In this document: positions 1-12,072 of the stretch, piece after piece | Layout: the number at the start of each line of letters is the position of its first letter | How positions within the stretch are numbered: position 1 is the stretch's first letter | Assembly: GCF_036321535.1 (NCBI RefSeq) | Contig: NC_087437.1 | Coordinates: forward strand, 94,862,001-94,926,000 | DNA length: 64,000 nt | Origin: Camelus dromedarius | Taxonomy: Eukaryota | Direction: 5' to 3' | The notes under the pieces: generated by a model | The model's input: the letters and a program-made list of their open reading frames with translations, nothing else | What the model was told of the DNA's origin: nothing | Databases searched by the model: none | Position numbers and translations under genes: made by a program

Positions 1-419
1 ATTAAGATCTGGTTCAGCTATACAGGGGTGCAGATAGGAAACCAGCCAAACTTTACATTTGTGTTTTTATGTGTTGGAAGTTTAAAACTATTTTGTAACA
101 GAAAACTGAGTTCAAATTTGCTATGTCTTAACTTGGCACACATATTAGGAGCCGGATGTCAATTTCAAGACAGGCTCAGATTTATTAGGGGAAGATGAAT
201 TTAATACACATCCTTAAACTAGGCCTATTCAGTTTTGTTTTACTTCGATAAGACATTTTGGTAGTAGTACGTTCCCAGCCTAATTGTTTCTCCAACGTGG
301 AGTTTAGAACACAGAGGCTCAATATTTGAAAGACTTAAAGAAGAGCTGAATTATAATTCAGGCTGGTTTTTGAAATGTTGTAATAATGCATTGTAAACCT
401 TCAATTTGTTTAGAAATTT

Positions 420-830
420 TTTTCAATATCCCACTTACTTCCCAAGTGGATTTGAAGTGAATCACAATAAAAGGCACAGATATAACTGGAGCATTGAGCA
501 CACACGCACACTCTCACACATATGCACACACCCCCCAGAGCTCTGAAACAGAATTAGGGTATATAGAGAAAGGAGGACGTGGAGAGACCCAGCTACAAGG
601 TCCAGAAATGTAGGCTAAGGCCGTGTGGCTGTCAGCTTGAAGATAAGCTAAGAGCAGTCCCGCCATAAAAGTAAACATGCTGAGTGAGTTTCGTGATCAT
701 TCTTACCAGATAAAGACAAATTTCTCCCCAGATTTCATGGGGAATAAACAGAACACCCTAATTCCCACATAAAGGACTTTTGAACTCCTATGGACAATGT
801 CTTCCTCAATAATGACTTTTTAACAGACGT
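420..830. mobile_element. Ancient LINE fragment, probably L4 (RTE-X)
   Basis: atcccacttacttcccaagtggatttgaagtgaatcacaataaaagg resembles the L4 terminal motif as recalled; very diverged. Confidence 0.45.
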
Positions 831-2879
831 AGAATGTTTTAAGTATTGTTCTCATAGGTAATTCAAATTTAATTAGAAAACATTTTAATCCCATATGTAA
901 TAATTACCAATGCTCGCTGACATTTAGCTTTATCAATTTGCTATTACTAATCTTACAGACATCATGACTGGTTTTTATTTTTCTGCATATTCTGATAAAC
1001 ACAGGACATTACTGAAAACCTTCCACACCTGCAGCCACCATCATTCCCTCGACCACATTCAAGGATATTTTTCATATTCAGCGGTTTAAATATTCATGAC
1101 TGATTTCAGATTTGCAGAAAAGCATTTTCCAAATTGCTCCTTTAACTCCAGTCTGTAATTGTTGCATATCTGCTTAAATACATACACAGAACTATACTTT
1201 TGCCTGCATGAAAGACATGACTGGGATGCAGTGGAGAGGTTAAGTATTTTGTGCTTTTGATCAAACCAGAAAAGGGAAGCAGCTGATATTGATCTGGAAC
1301 CAAACAGAACAGCAGTGGCGCTTTCTGAAGCAGTTCAAAATGCCTTTGGGAAAGTCATTTTTCAGAGCTGTGTTTCCATCTTATTTTCCCACCTGGCACC
1401 TCTGCCCCACAGGCTTCGCTCCTTCAGAGAGCCACTGGTGCCCAGACTGTGTCTACAAAGGAAACAGTGTTTTCCACCTTAATAGAATCCTAGAGATAAA
1501 TGTCTCAGTTCCCGACTCTGCTGTTCAAGCTTACAGTCACCTTCCCATGCACTGTGAGTTAAGAGGTGGATCATGTCGAGAGCTCATCTCTCACAGTTCT
1601 GGGGAGAAAAAAAAAAAAAGTTTTGATGGGTCCTTCCCTATATAGACATATATTTTAAATTATACTTCTTTTAAACATAAAACTAATTTTCATTATAATA
1701 TAAAAACGTAATTATATTCTACCCAGTAGATTACACGTGTTCAAGGTCTGAAAATTGACTTCAGAATGCTGAAGAGTAACAGCTACACAAAAATAACAAC
1801 ATGGTCTCCCAGCACAATGGGCTTATCTACCCTGATTGACTTTCTCTTATTTTTCAGAAATAACCACAAAAACAAATTCCTTTTGCACAAAGCAGTGCAA
1901 CCAAAAATAAGAGTCTTTAATCATTCATTTTCAGTGTTCAGTCCAACCTCCCTTAACAGAATTCAGGTTTTTTTCCTGAATTTTCTATAATTACCCATGA
2001 TTCAGATTTTTCTTTTAAAGATTCTCCAGTAAGATAGAGCTCGATATACTGTGTTCTGTGTTGATATTTTATGCTTATTTTATAGATAAAGAAGTTCAAT
2101 TTAATTCCAGAGATGGCATTTTTTTAAAATCTTTTATGTGAAATCACAGGGACCAAAAATAAAAGTTAACTTAAGAGGTTTGATTTAGATGCACTGTCTA
2201 TATCTTCTTACGTATTATGTTTACAAATCAATGGTTACATACACACATGTAATTTCTTTCCAATTATATTGCATAAATCATCTAATATAGCATTTTGAGA
2301 TAATAGAAAATTTGTTGCTAGGTAATTCTTGTTATTCAGATAAGGAGACTTTAAAAATCTTAGTTCATTAGTTCTCATCTAGGATTAAAAGGTTGTACTT
2401 TCACACCTATCCTTCATGCTAACTTGGTAGGTTATCTGCTGTGTATCAACCCCTGAGTCTTCCTTTTGTCATATATAAAGATGCTTGCTCTGAGGAAGTT
2501 ATGTCTATGAAAATTCTGCTTCTCCAACTACATTATTGGGAAGACTTGAAGACATATAGAGCCAAGGCACCTTACAAGAATGGTTTATAAAATATTATGG
2601 CAATTTGAAGTCCATCTCTCCCCACATAACCAGAGAGTGAACTGACTGTGTTGTGACGCCTTTGCTTGTATCTCCTTAGCGATGTGCCCTTGCCTTCTCA
2701 GCATAGTGAAAACTTCTAGGCAAGGTTTACAAAGTAATTTGTGTGCTGGCTTTGCCTGGGTTCTCAAATCTCATCTCTTACATCTCCCTGCACCTTCCGT
2801 AACCAACATCAAGTCCCTCCTACAACCACACCCACACCCACCCCCTACCCCACACACATACACACATATTAACTTCCTT

Positions 2880-3230
2880 GCAAAGCCTTGCTTTATATGC
2901 TCCCTTTTGCTTCTGGGCCCTTGTGCAGATGCATCTCTCTGCTCTCCCTCTCCCCTCCCTCCTTTAGGTCCAGCTGAGCATTCACCTCCATCCACAGGAA
3001 ACCTTTATACAACTCCCTCCTGAATTAAGTGTCGTTCGAATAAGCCACAATTTTTCTTATCTTCAAGCGTATCCAACTATATGGAATATACCTCTTTGTT
3101 TATCTGACTCGGCCAAAAATTCTCTTGCTGGCAGTACCTACAGCTTGTTCACCATTGTCTCCATGTATACATTGTAGGGCAGTAAGCATTTAATAAATAA
3201 TTTTTGCAAGAAAGAAATGAAAGGAGGGAA
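2880..3230 (+). mobile_element. L2 3' fragment
   Basis: Ends in an L2-type tail (cagtaagcatttaataaataatttttgcaagaaagaaatgaa). Confidence 0.6.
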
Positions 3231-3829
3231 GCAAGAAGGAAGGGCAAAATGGAATCTAGCTGTCTTAAGCAAGACAAGAGATCAAAATAAAGCTTAAGAG
3301 TGGGGAGGACAGGTAACCTAGTCTTAAACTATGTCCACAAATCAAAGTTATACATACTAGAGAGAAGAAGGCTGAGAGATGGCACAGGCAGTTTTCAGAG
3401 GCTTGAAAAACTCTTGTTAGTATCACGGATAATCATGTTTAAATTTTGAAGTGATTACTTGAATTGAGTTGAAGAACTTAGATTTCCTATCATCAATTAT
3501 TATCTGATATTAGGGTAGTTTTTTTTTTACAATAATATATTTTTTGTGGGAGATTTTCTCTTACTGATGGTTCCTAAAACATGGCGGATTTTTTTTTTCC
3601 TCTTGAATAGTTAAGGGAATAGTGGATGATTTATCTAATTAATTAGTTGATGTCTCGTGGTATGTTCAAGTCTCAAAATGTCATATGTACACCACATTGT
3701 ATCTGATTTCTAATGATTTATATACTAAAAATTAGTTATAAATGTAAGTCTTTTTTTTTTTTTAGCTTTAAAGGTCAACAATTCACATTATATGAATCTT
3801 CTTGTAAAAGATTGGATTCTTTGGAAGCT

Positions 3830-4150
3830 TTAGTCATAGATTTCCTGGTTGCAAGGAAAACAAAAGAATTCAGCTAGCTCAAGTAAATATGGTTTAGGAG
3901 AGAAAGAGAGAAATGGAAAGGAGACATTGGCTTTCCATGTGCCTAACACCAGACTAGACTCTATTCAACTAGAAAATGTAAACACTCACTGTTGTCTATT
4001 CCAACTGATTAGGCCAAAGAATCTGAACCATCTAATTTAGGCAATGTACCTTGCACCAACTGAATCAATTATGGCAAGAAAGTAGATGAAAATTGGTGAC
4101 AATATGATATTGAAGAACATAATGCTCCCCTTTCTGGTACAGCTTATATT
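3830..4150. mobile_element. Old MaLR LTR (MLT1K/L-like) fragment
   Basis: ggttgcaaggaaaacaaaagaattcagctagctcaag and ctgaatcaattatggcaag motifs typical of old MLT1 LTRs. Confidence 0.45.
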
Positions 4151-5139
4151 GCAAGAACTTATAGATGAGCTGGCCATGATTGGCCTCCTTTAAAAGAGGT
4201 TGACAAATAATAAGAAGCACTGTTATATGAGACTGTAAAAGCTCTTTTACTGATTATTTTGGAAAATTTTTTTTTCTTTTCAAGTGATATATGAAAGACA
4301 GCTTATTTCTTCTAATTATATTAACTACTTACTCAATGTTTCCCTCACCTCCCACCCTCTGGTTCAAAATCCTATACTTACAACAAATTACAATGTTTTC
4401 TTGTGGTTCATTTGCTTTAAATGAGATTTAAATGTAATGCACTAGTGTAAATTTAAAGGTGTCTCCAATTCAAGCTTACTGAATATCACCATGCCAGTGC
4501 AGTTTACATAAATATACTTGAAACCTTTATATGTCTCTGTAAATTGAGCTCATGAAAGGGTGTCATTTTGAGAAATACAACTGCTGTAACATTTTATGAA
4601 TCAAGTATTCTTTAATATGCAGCTAATGGAATTATCTCTAAAATAGTTTTATAACATAGTTAAAATTAAATTATTTCCTCAAAACTCATTTATTTATTCA
4701 ACCCTCCTGGAAGGACTGCTTTTTCTCAAAGAGATCTTGGTAATTTATCTCCATTGTCATTTTTTTCCCTAGAGAATCATAGTTATTTTAACCATTTCTT
4801 AGTGGAAGCTAAATGTTACCAATTTTTTTTCCTTTTGAGATTGTTTTACTTTGGACTCTTTCAGTGGCAGGTAACAAAAGCTACACTAGCATAATCCAAA
4901 AGTGTGTATATTAGTTCACATGCCTGGGAAGTCATTCTTATGTCTGCCTTCAGGTTGAGGTCTATATTGGACTCAAAGTATCACAAGAACCCAACCTTTC
5001 TTTTCACTTTCTCAAAAAAGTTATCATTTCATTTTGGGAAGATGGCAGCTATGCATCATTTTTACATCCACTTTCCTGATAGCACTAACCAATGTTCCAG
5101 ATTTGAATCTGACGGATTTCACTTTGTCTAGAATGTTTT

Positions 5140-5785
5140 GGGTTTTTTTGTTTTTTTTTTTTTCAGGGCTTTTTTGGTGGCAGAAAGTATTTAGGTTCCT
5201 TTATTTACTGGAGGTACTGGGGATTGAACCCAGGACCTCATGCATGCAAAGCATGCACTCTACTACTGAGCTATATATACCCTCCTCCCTGTTTTTATTT
5301 TTTAATTGAAGTACAGTCAGTTACAGTGTGTTAGTTTCTGGTGTACAGCACAATGTCCCAGTCATCCATCTGCATACATATATTCATTTTCAAATTCTTT
5401 TTCATTAAAGGTTATTACAAAATATTGAACATAGTTCCCTGTGCTATACAGAAGAAACATTTTTTTAAATCTATTTTTATATATGGTGAATAAAGAAGCT
5501 GTGGTTTATTTATATAATGGACTACTACTGAGCCATAAAAAAGAATAAATAATGCCATTTGCAGCAATATGGATGGAACTAGAGATCATCATTCTAAGTG
5601 AAGTAAGCCAGAAAGAGAAAGAAAAATACCATGATATCACTCATATGTGGAATTGAAAAAGTAAAAGAAAAAAAGGACACTATCTTATCTACAAAACAGG
5701 AACAGACTCGCAGACATATAATCTTATGGTTACCAGGAGGGTAGGGAAAGGGAGTGGGAAGGGATAAATTTGTGTGTTTGAGATT
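5140..5785 (-). mobile_element. 5'-truncated, 5'-inverted L1 (lineage-specific subfamily)
   Basis: L1 3'UTR on minus at 5300-5487; upstream ORF2-end/3'UTR segment inverted on plus at 5487-5785; poly(T) 5140-5163; candidate TSD tagaatgtttt (5129-5139) / taaagtgtttt (5786-5796). Confidence 0.85.
5172..5289 (-). mobile_element. tRNA-derived camelid SINE (Vic-1 type) inserted in the poly(A) tail of an L1
   Basis: Reverse complement reads gggaggagggtatatatagctcagtagtagagtgcatgctttgcatgcatgaggtcctgggttcaatccccagtacctcc (Pol III A and B boxes); matches the second copy at 52357. Confidence 0.9.
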
Positions 5786-6406
5786 TAAAGTGTTTTTTGT
5801 AGTAAACCCTGAATCAATCACTATGCCCAGGGATTGCTCATTTCTTCTGCGTGTAGTTCATAAACTCAACTCTCAAGCAAATGATGCCCTGCCAAATACA
5901 TGTCCAGAGAATGACAGAGTACCAGTTGTTCAAGCAAATTTAGGGCTGTAAAAAGTAAAAAGGAGCTTGGTCTGCTACAATGTGGACTAAAGATGTAATC
6001 ATTGAACAATGAAAATCAATATTTAGTTAGCCCTATCTTATTCAGGCCCAATATTAGGCATTTCCCACACATTAACAAGAAGCGGATATTATCTGCATGT
6101 TGTATCTGTGTTGAAATGGACACATGGAGAAATTGATTATCTAATCCATGACCTTACAGCTTGTAAGTGAGATTGCTACACTTTGGCTCAGTCCTACCTC
6201 TGCAATTCCCTAATGAAATACCTTACCCTCTAAGGAGTATGATACTCTCATTCCCAAAAAGAAGAGGTTGGGCCTGATGATTTCTAACTTGCTTTCCATA
6301 CTAAGAATCGGATAATTCTATGATTACAAATTATTAACAGTTACTCTGACTAAAGAAATAACTGAATTCTGACCATGCCTTTCAGCACGACTGTCAAAAT
6401 GTAGTC

Positions 6407-7037
6407 AGACCCTCAAGGGGCGGCGGAAGCGCGGGCGTTGCCTCAGCTCCCCCTTAACTACGGCGGCTGGGCCGGCGGCTCCGGGGGCGCCGCTGAGGGG
6501 CAAGGACTGCGGGGGGCGGGTTAACAGCACCCGAGGCCATCACAGGCCTCGGCTGTCCCCGAAGGAGGGGGGTAGGGGGGCGGCAGACGGCTTGGTTTGC
6601 GCGGTCAGAGTGGACAGAATGGATCCTGGAGGAGGGGCCGCTGCCGGGCCTCCCGGGGAGCCGCGTGTAGCCGTCGGCAACCTTGTCTCCTGACCTCTGC
6701 GTTTTTATCTCAGATTAATTGTTGGCAAAAAAGCAGACTTTGAATGGACCGGGATGAATCCAGGGTTGGTAAAGAATTTGTCTAGAGCCCTGTGTGCCCC
6801 AGGGCGGTGAGTAGGTTGATTGCAGCCTGATGTTGCCCTCAGCTTGGTTCGTTCTGTCTGGTAACAGGAGTATTTCAATTTATGGAGCTGGAATGCAAGG
6901 CCTCTTGTAAAAAAGGTTCTCTGCTTTCCTGAGAAAGCGTGATAGTTCTGGTGAATCAGTCCCACAAGACTGTAAACCGCGTGTCCAGCCTTCCTATCTG
7001 GAGAAAGACAATAAAATGCTTTAAATAAATTAAAAAA
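6407..7037 (+). pseudogene. Retrocopy (processed insertion) of a GC-rich, apparently non-coding transcript; parent unknown
   Basis: Exact TSD aaaatgtagtc at 6396-6406 and 7038-7048; AATAAA at 7010-7015; A-run from 7032; about 29 CpGs in 6421-6701; TC|AAAA L1-endonuclease-like site. Confidence 0.8.
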
Positions 7038-9529
7038 AAAATGTAGTCTAGGCACTTAGCATCTTTGACCTTAATCTTTGCAGCATGTTGTTACCTGCAG
7101 CTTTTCTCCTCCAACGTATCCGCCCCATGGTTGTGCGATATTAGGCAAGAACAAATTTGATGACATTCTTCTCTTCCTTCTGCTTCTTCCTGTTGATTGG
7201 ATTAAGTTTAGACACTTAGCTTGATACACAAATCCTTTCATCTGAACACAGCATGCAATTCAAAACCGTATCATTCCCCTTCTCTCTAAACGCTCATTGA
7301 CATGTAACGTTTCGCAATTTCCTAAACTCTCCTTGTTCCTTAAATTTTACATTCTCTCCGAGTTCTCCTTCCTGGCCAGCTCCTTCTGGTTTTTCAAAGG
7401 ACAAATGAAAAATAATATACATCTGTGCAGTCCTTCCTGATTCCCCCAGGGACAGCTAGTCAAGCTTTCCTGTGTGCACCATCGGTATTTACATAGAGAA
7501 GAGTAAAGAGCTTTGGCAAATAGATATGCATTAGAAAACTTCCTACCAGTTATTGTGAAAAACCTTTGGTAAAATAAGCATGTTCTGTGTGTTTTCACTT
7601 TGCTCACCTCTAAAGTCAGCATACTGAGTAATTTCTGGCATTTATATCCTATCGTGACAAAAGCATCATATGTAGAAGACAATCAGCTACCAATACAAAC
7701 ATATAGGTGTTAATAAATTGATGTCTTCATATTTCAATCTGAGCCTTCAATTTTCCATTTTGGACCCAAGTGTGACTTTGAGAAAATCACTGAAGAAATT
7801 CATTTTTTTGGAAAAACTGATGTTTTAATGTATAGCAAGAACTCCAGCTGCCAGATTATTGAGGGGGTGGCACAGCTGATTCTTGTGTATCATCCTTCCT
7901 TGTGACATTTCTAGAATGACAGTTGATAACTTGAAAGCTACAGGATGAATACAGAATCTGAATAAGATCAGCTGGATGTGTGATCTAGCTGGTAAGCATA
8001 AGAGAACTAGTATTTCTCACATTTCATGTCACTCGGATCAGGGTCAGTGTCCTTCATCCACAACACATAGGACACAGGGGTTGGAGCAAGTGAACAGTTG
8101 ATCAAAGGTGCTTCTCTAGTGGATGGAGTAACTGGACAAAGGTGGGAGGAGGTAACAGCAGATTAGAAACTTTTTTAAAAATAAAGAAATGAGGTAAGAA
8201 TCTGACTTGAAACTACTAACGAGGACATTGGTTCTTTAATTTCCAAAATATCTGTTCCTCACCAATACGCTCTAACACAGATTACAGAGTCTATGGCCAT
8301 GATGATACAATGATCTGGAAAATATTAAGGAAAAGAAGGCTTTCTATATTATACTGGATTTGAGGAAACATAAAGCAGGGGAATTTAAAAGACTAAAAGT
8401 ATAGTGTTGTCACAATTATGTATAAATTAAGAAGCAGGCAGGACTTTTAGGGAGCATATGAAGAGGATATGAACTGAAGGTAGGTTTTTTTAGGGCCATG
8501 TTTATGAATGTTTCACAAAATGCTGGCTTCTGGTAAGATGGTACATGGTCTGTGACAGTCCAGAAGTTACTGGTAAAGGTAGTGCCTGCTTTTCTATGAT
8601 CTGTATTCATCTACAATTATATAACTTGAGGAGAGCAATTGAGCCACTCCCTGAGGAAAGGAGAAATTTAACCGAAAGTTATTTCAGCAGGTGGACCCAA
8701 AAGCCCACCTTGCTTTCAGGCAACAGATTAATAGCACATTCACCTGCTGAATCTTTGGCTCAGAGTTATGGAAGTCTTCTAGATTATATCAAATCCCACT
8801 GAGTATGAAAAACAAAATTAAATTTGTCCTCATGAAAATATATTCCCATCAGAATTTTTTTCCTATGGAGCTTTATTCTCTAAATGCTTTTTTAATGGGT
8901 AAAAGAAAGTAGCACAAAAATAATGTGTTCATGCTGGATGAGGGGTTGGGTAAACATTAATTATCACAAGTTCTCTAAATATAAAATTTCAAAACGGCAT
9001 CTCTCTTTGACTGTCATACTGATTGTGAGTGTGTGTGTTTGTGTTTGCCGTTTTACTTCATTTGAATATGTAAAGAAGGGAATTTATATCAAAAATATTT
9101 ATGAAAAAAATTTAGTTTTTATTAATCAGTGAAAATGTTCAATTTATAATGAAATTATTTCAAATTCTCTAATTGAGATGCATACTGTAAAGATAAATAT
9201 ATTCGCATTTAACGAAGTTATTTTGTACTTCAATTAAATATTCTAGCCAGTAAGTAACAGCATGATCTGACACTAACTTTCGTTTTGTTACCAAAAAAGG
9301 CAAAATGGTCCTCTCAGCCATCTTTAGACTCATTGTCAATCTGTCATACTTCTTTTTATCTCTTTAAATAATATATTCACTCTTGTATTTATGTTTCAGA
9401 GAAGAGTTATCTGCAAACCTCAGTCCTTGTTTTCTTCTAGCTAATGATTCTACTTGCTGTTTGAAAGCAATTGCTGTAGCCAAAAGATTCTGTTCATGGA
9501 AAGAGCCCATGAAAAGTTAAGAGACAGAT

Positions 9530-10450
9530 GGAAGGTTGCAAGAAGACACACTTACAGTCAAAAATCCACAAGGGAGTTATATCTAAAATATAAAAGTAAT
9601 TTATACAAGTAAAAACAAAAAAAAAAGGAAAAGTGAAAAGGGCAGGAACCATGAGAAAAATATAGGCCAAGTTATAAAAAAGCAATTTGTCATTAGGAAA
9701 CCCAAAAGCAACAAACGTGAAATATGCTCAGACCCACTGGGAATTAGAGACATGCTAATTAGAACAACAATAGCATATCACTTTACACCCATGAGATTAG
9801 CAAAATTTAGAAAGCTGGATAATGCCAAGTGTTGGAAGGAGCAGCAGGAAATAGGAAACCTCCTGAACATATTGTGGAATTGTGCCATCATCCTGAAAAG
9901 CAATCTGAGACAGGTTTAATCCAATCAAGTTCACATACCTACTATATAACTCTGCAACCCACCACAAAACATGTCGGGGAGAAAGTCTCATACAGGCTGT
10001 GACAGGACACATAAAGGAATGTTCTTCTCAGTGTTGCTCGTACTATCGAGGCAATTGAAGTGCCTGTCCCTGGGGGATAGGTAAGTAAAGGATGGAGGCT
10101 GTACACTAAAAAGTACACACACGAGTTAGAGGTAACATACCAGATATTCCTACAGCAATAGGAGTAGATCTAAAACACCACACTGAGTTAAAAAAAAGAA
10201 TAAGAAAAAATATCTATAGCAAATAAAATTTGTTTTTTTTTTAAATAGATGCACATAAAGCACAATATTTAAAGAGAACACATTAAAATAAAAGGGTATT
10301 CATCAAATACACTAGGATTAATGCCAAAGTGAGGGGAGGGTCAAGACAGTGGGGAATGGGGAAGAGGAATAGAAAGAAAGGAATGAACAAAGAAGCCGAA
10401 TAAAAGATGGCCTTCACACTAGCAATGATACATTGTGCCGGGAACTATAA
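9530..10450 (+). mobile_element. Old L1M (L1MC/ME-type) ORF2 end and 3'UTR
   Basis: gcatatcactttacacccatgagattagcaaaatttagaaagctggataatgccaagtgttggaagga is a degenerate L1 ORF2 C-terminal motif. Confidence 0.75.
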
Positions 10451-11149
10451 AGTATGATTGACTCTCTGCACCTGTGGTTCCCCCAAAACCCCCAAACAAC
10501 AAAACATTTGAATCGTTATACTCACAGAGATACAAATATAAAGGAACCACACAGTCTGGGGATCCACCAGTTTCACTGATAAATATTCAAGTTGTTTAGC
10601 ATACACATTTTTATATTTGACTTCCATTGAGCTCCTTGAAACAATAAGTCTGCTCATGTCCAAAATCAGACAAATGTCCTGCTAAGATTCACTTGGGAGC
10701 ACTAACCCAACTTCAGTATCCCTTTCAGTGAGACTTCTCAGATTTCAAGGAATCTGTGACCCTCTCGACTACAGAAAGAGCCGGTCTACTGAAGCTGGCC
10801 ATTTATAATTTTGAGTTATCTGTTTAAACGGAAAGGGAAGTTCTCTTTGATTTCTAATAGAGATAAACTCTTTCCTGGGAATAGTGTTGCTTGTGGTTTT
10901 AGAGGCTTAATGACTCAGGGCTGTTGCCTTTTGTTGTGCCAATTGAGGCACTTTACGTGTCCAGACAAAATCTCTCTCAGCAAGATGGCTTTGATATAAA
11001 GCCACTGATATTTAAATATCAAAATGTAACTCTTTGGCCTGGCAATAACCCTCCATGTGGGAGGCTTGGATGAGATTTCCAGACCTGCTCGCTTGTCCTT
11101 GGATCTGCGGCATCTGGAAATGATACTTGTGGTCATGGTAATACTTCAG

Positions 11150-11290
11150 TCTGTCAGAGTGTATTTTATCCAAAATTTTCAGTGTGCCTTGCAATTTATT
11201 AATCCTTGCAACACCTCTAAGAGGTAGGCAGATATTTTTTCCCTTGAGGAACTGAGGCAATAGAGGGTGGAAATGAGAACTGCATACGGC
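11150..11290 (-). mobile_element. MIR fragment
   Basis: ttaatccttgcaacacctctaagaggtagg...gaggaactgaggc MIR core, reversed. Confidence 0.6.
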
Positions 11291-12072
11291 CAGGCAGCTG
11301 GATGAGAGGGTGCAAGGAAGTCCTTTGCACTTAGGAGAACAGCCAATCCCATTAAATGGTGAACTCATTTGACACTACCATTAAACAGGTCTTAAAGGAA
11401 ATTTTATAGCTTGTGAATGAAGAACAAGGTTTTGGAAACTAAAATTAGTGAAGGCCTAAGGAACTGAAAAATAAATTGTGACATTTAAAATGTGCTCCTC
11501 AAATATTCTGTTGCACATTCCAATGTACTGAGTTTAATCAGTGAGACTAGAAGAAAATACCAAAGTTATTGAACTACAAGCTTGCTAGTGTGTGCGCCAT
11601 GGTAGTATCTGCGTTTGGGGAGTATAATTTCTTTGAGAATATTTTTTTTTAATAAAATAGTGACTTTTTGGTGCTGTTATCTCTTTCTTCTTTTTGATTT
11701 CTTAGTTGACCTCAATTCCATTTCTGATTTTTCATGTAGATTAATAGAATTTTCCTGATGATCAGCTGAGGTTTCCTGAGGTCAGGTTTCCTTGTGGTCA
11801 GCTTGGCTATGCTCTCTAATCGCCTGTGGAAACAATAGTATAAAAATCAAAGAGTGGATTAAGTTTTTTAATTTATTGCCAACTTTCTCTGAATTTCTAT
11901 TTGTCCCAGATCCACCTTAGGTTCTACTAGACCCCACTGGATTATTTGTAGCCCTCGGACAAAATGCAGGAGTGTGTAAAGATAGTCTCTAAGGTAGATC
12001 ATTTCAATCATTCGTTTATTCCCCATTCCACATTTATACCACAAATAAGTATTTACCAAATCTACTATATTT

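Noticed and set aside
3750..3880. Poly(T)-AG acceptor followed by a 37-codon open frame
   Set aside because: It runs into MLT1-like LTR sequence, has no good donor, and the peptide is unrecognised.
6705..7055. 116-aa minus-strand ORF over the retrocopy
   Set aside because: It is antisense to the polyadenylated strand, starts outside the TSD and reads through the poly(T); no recognisable protein.
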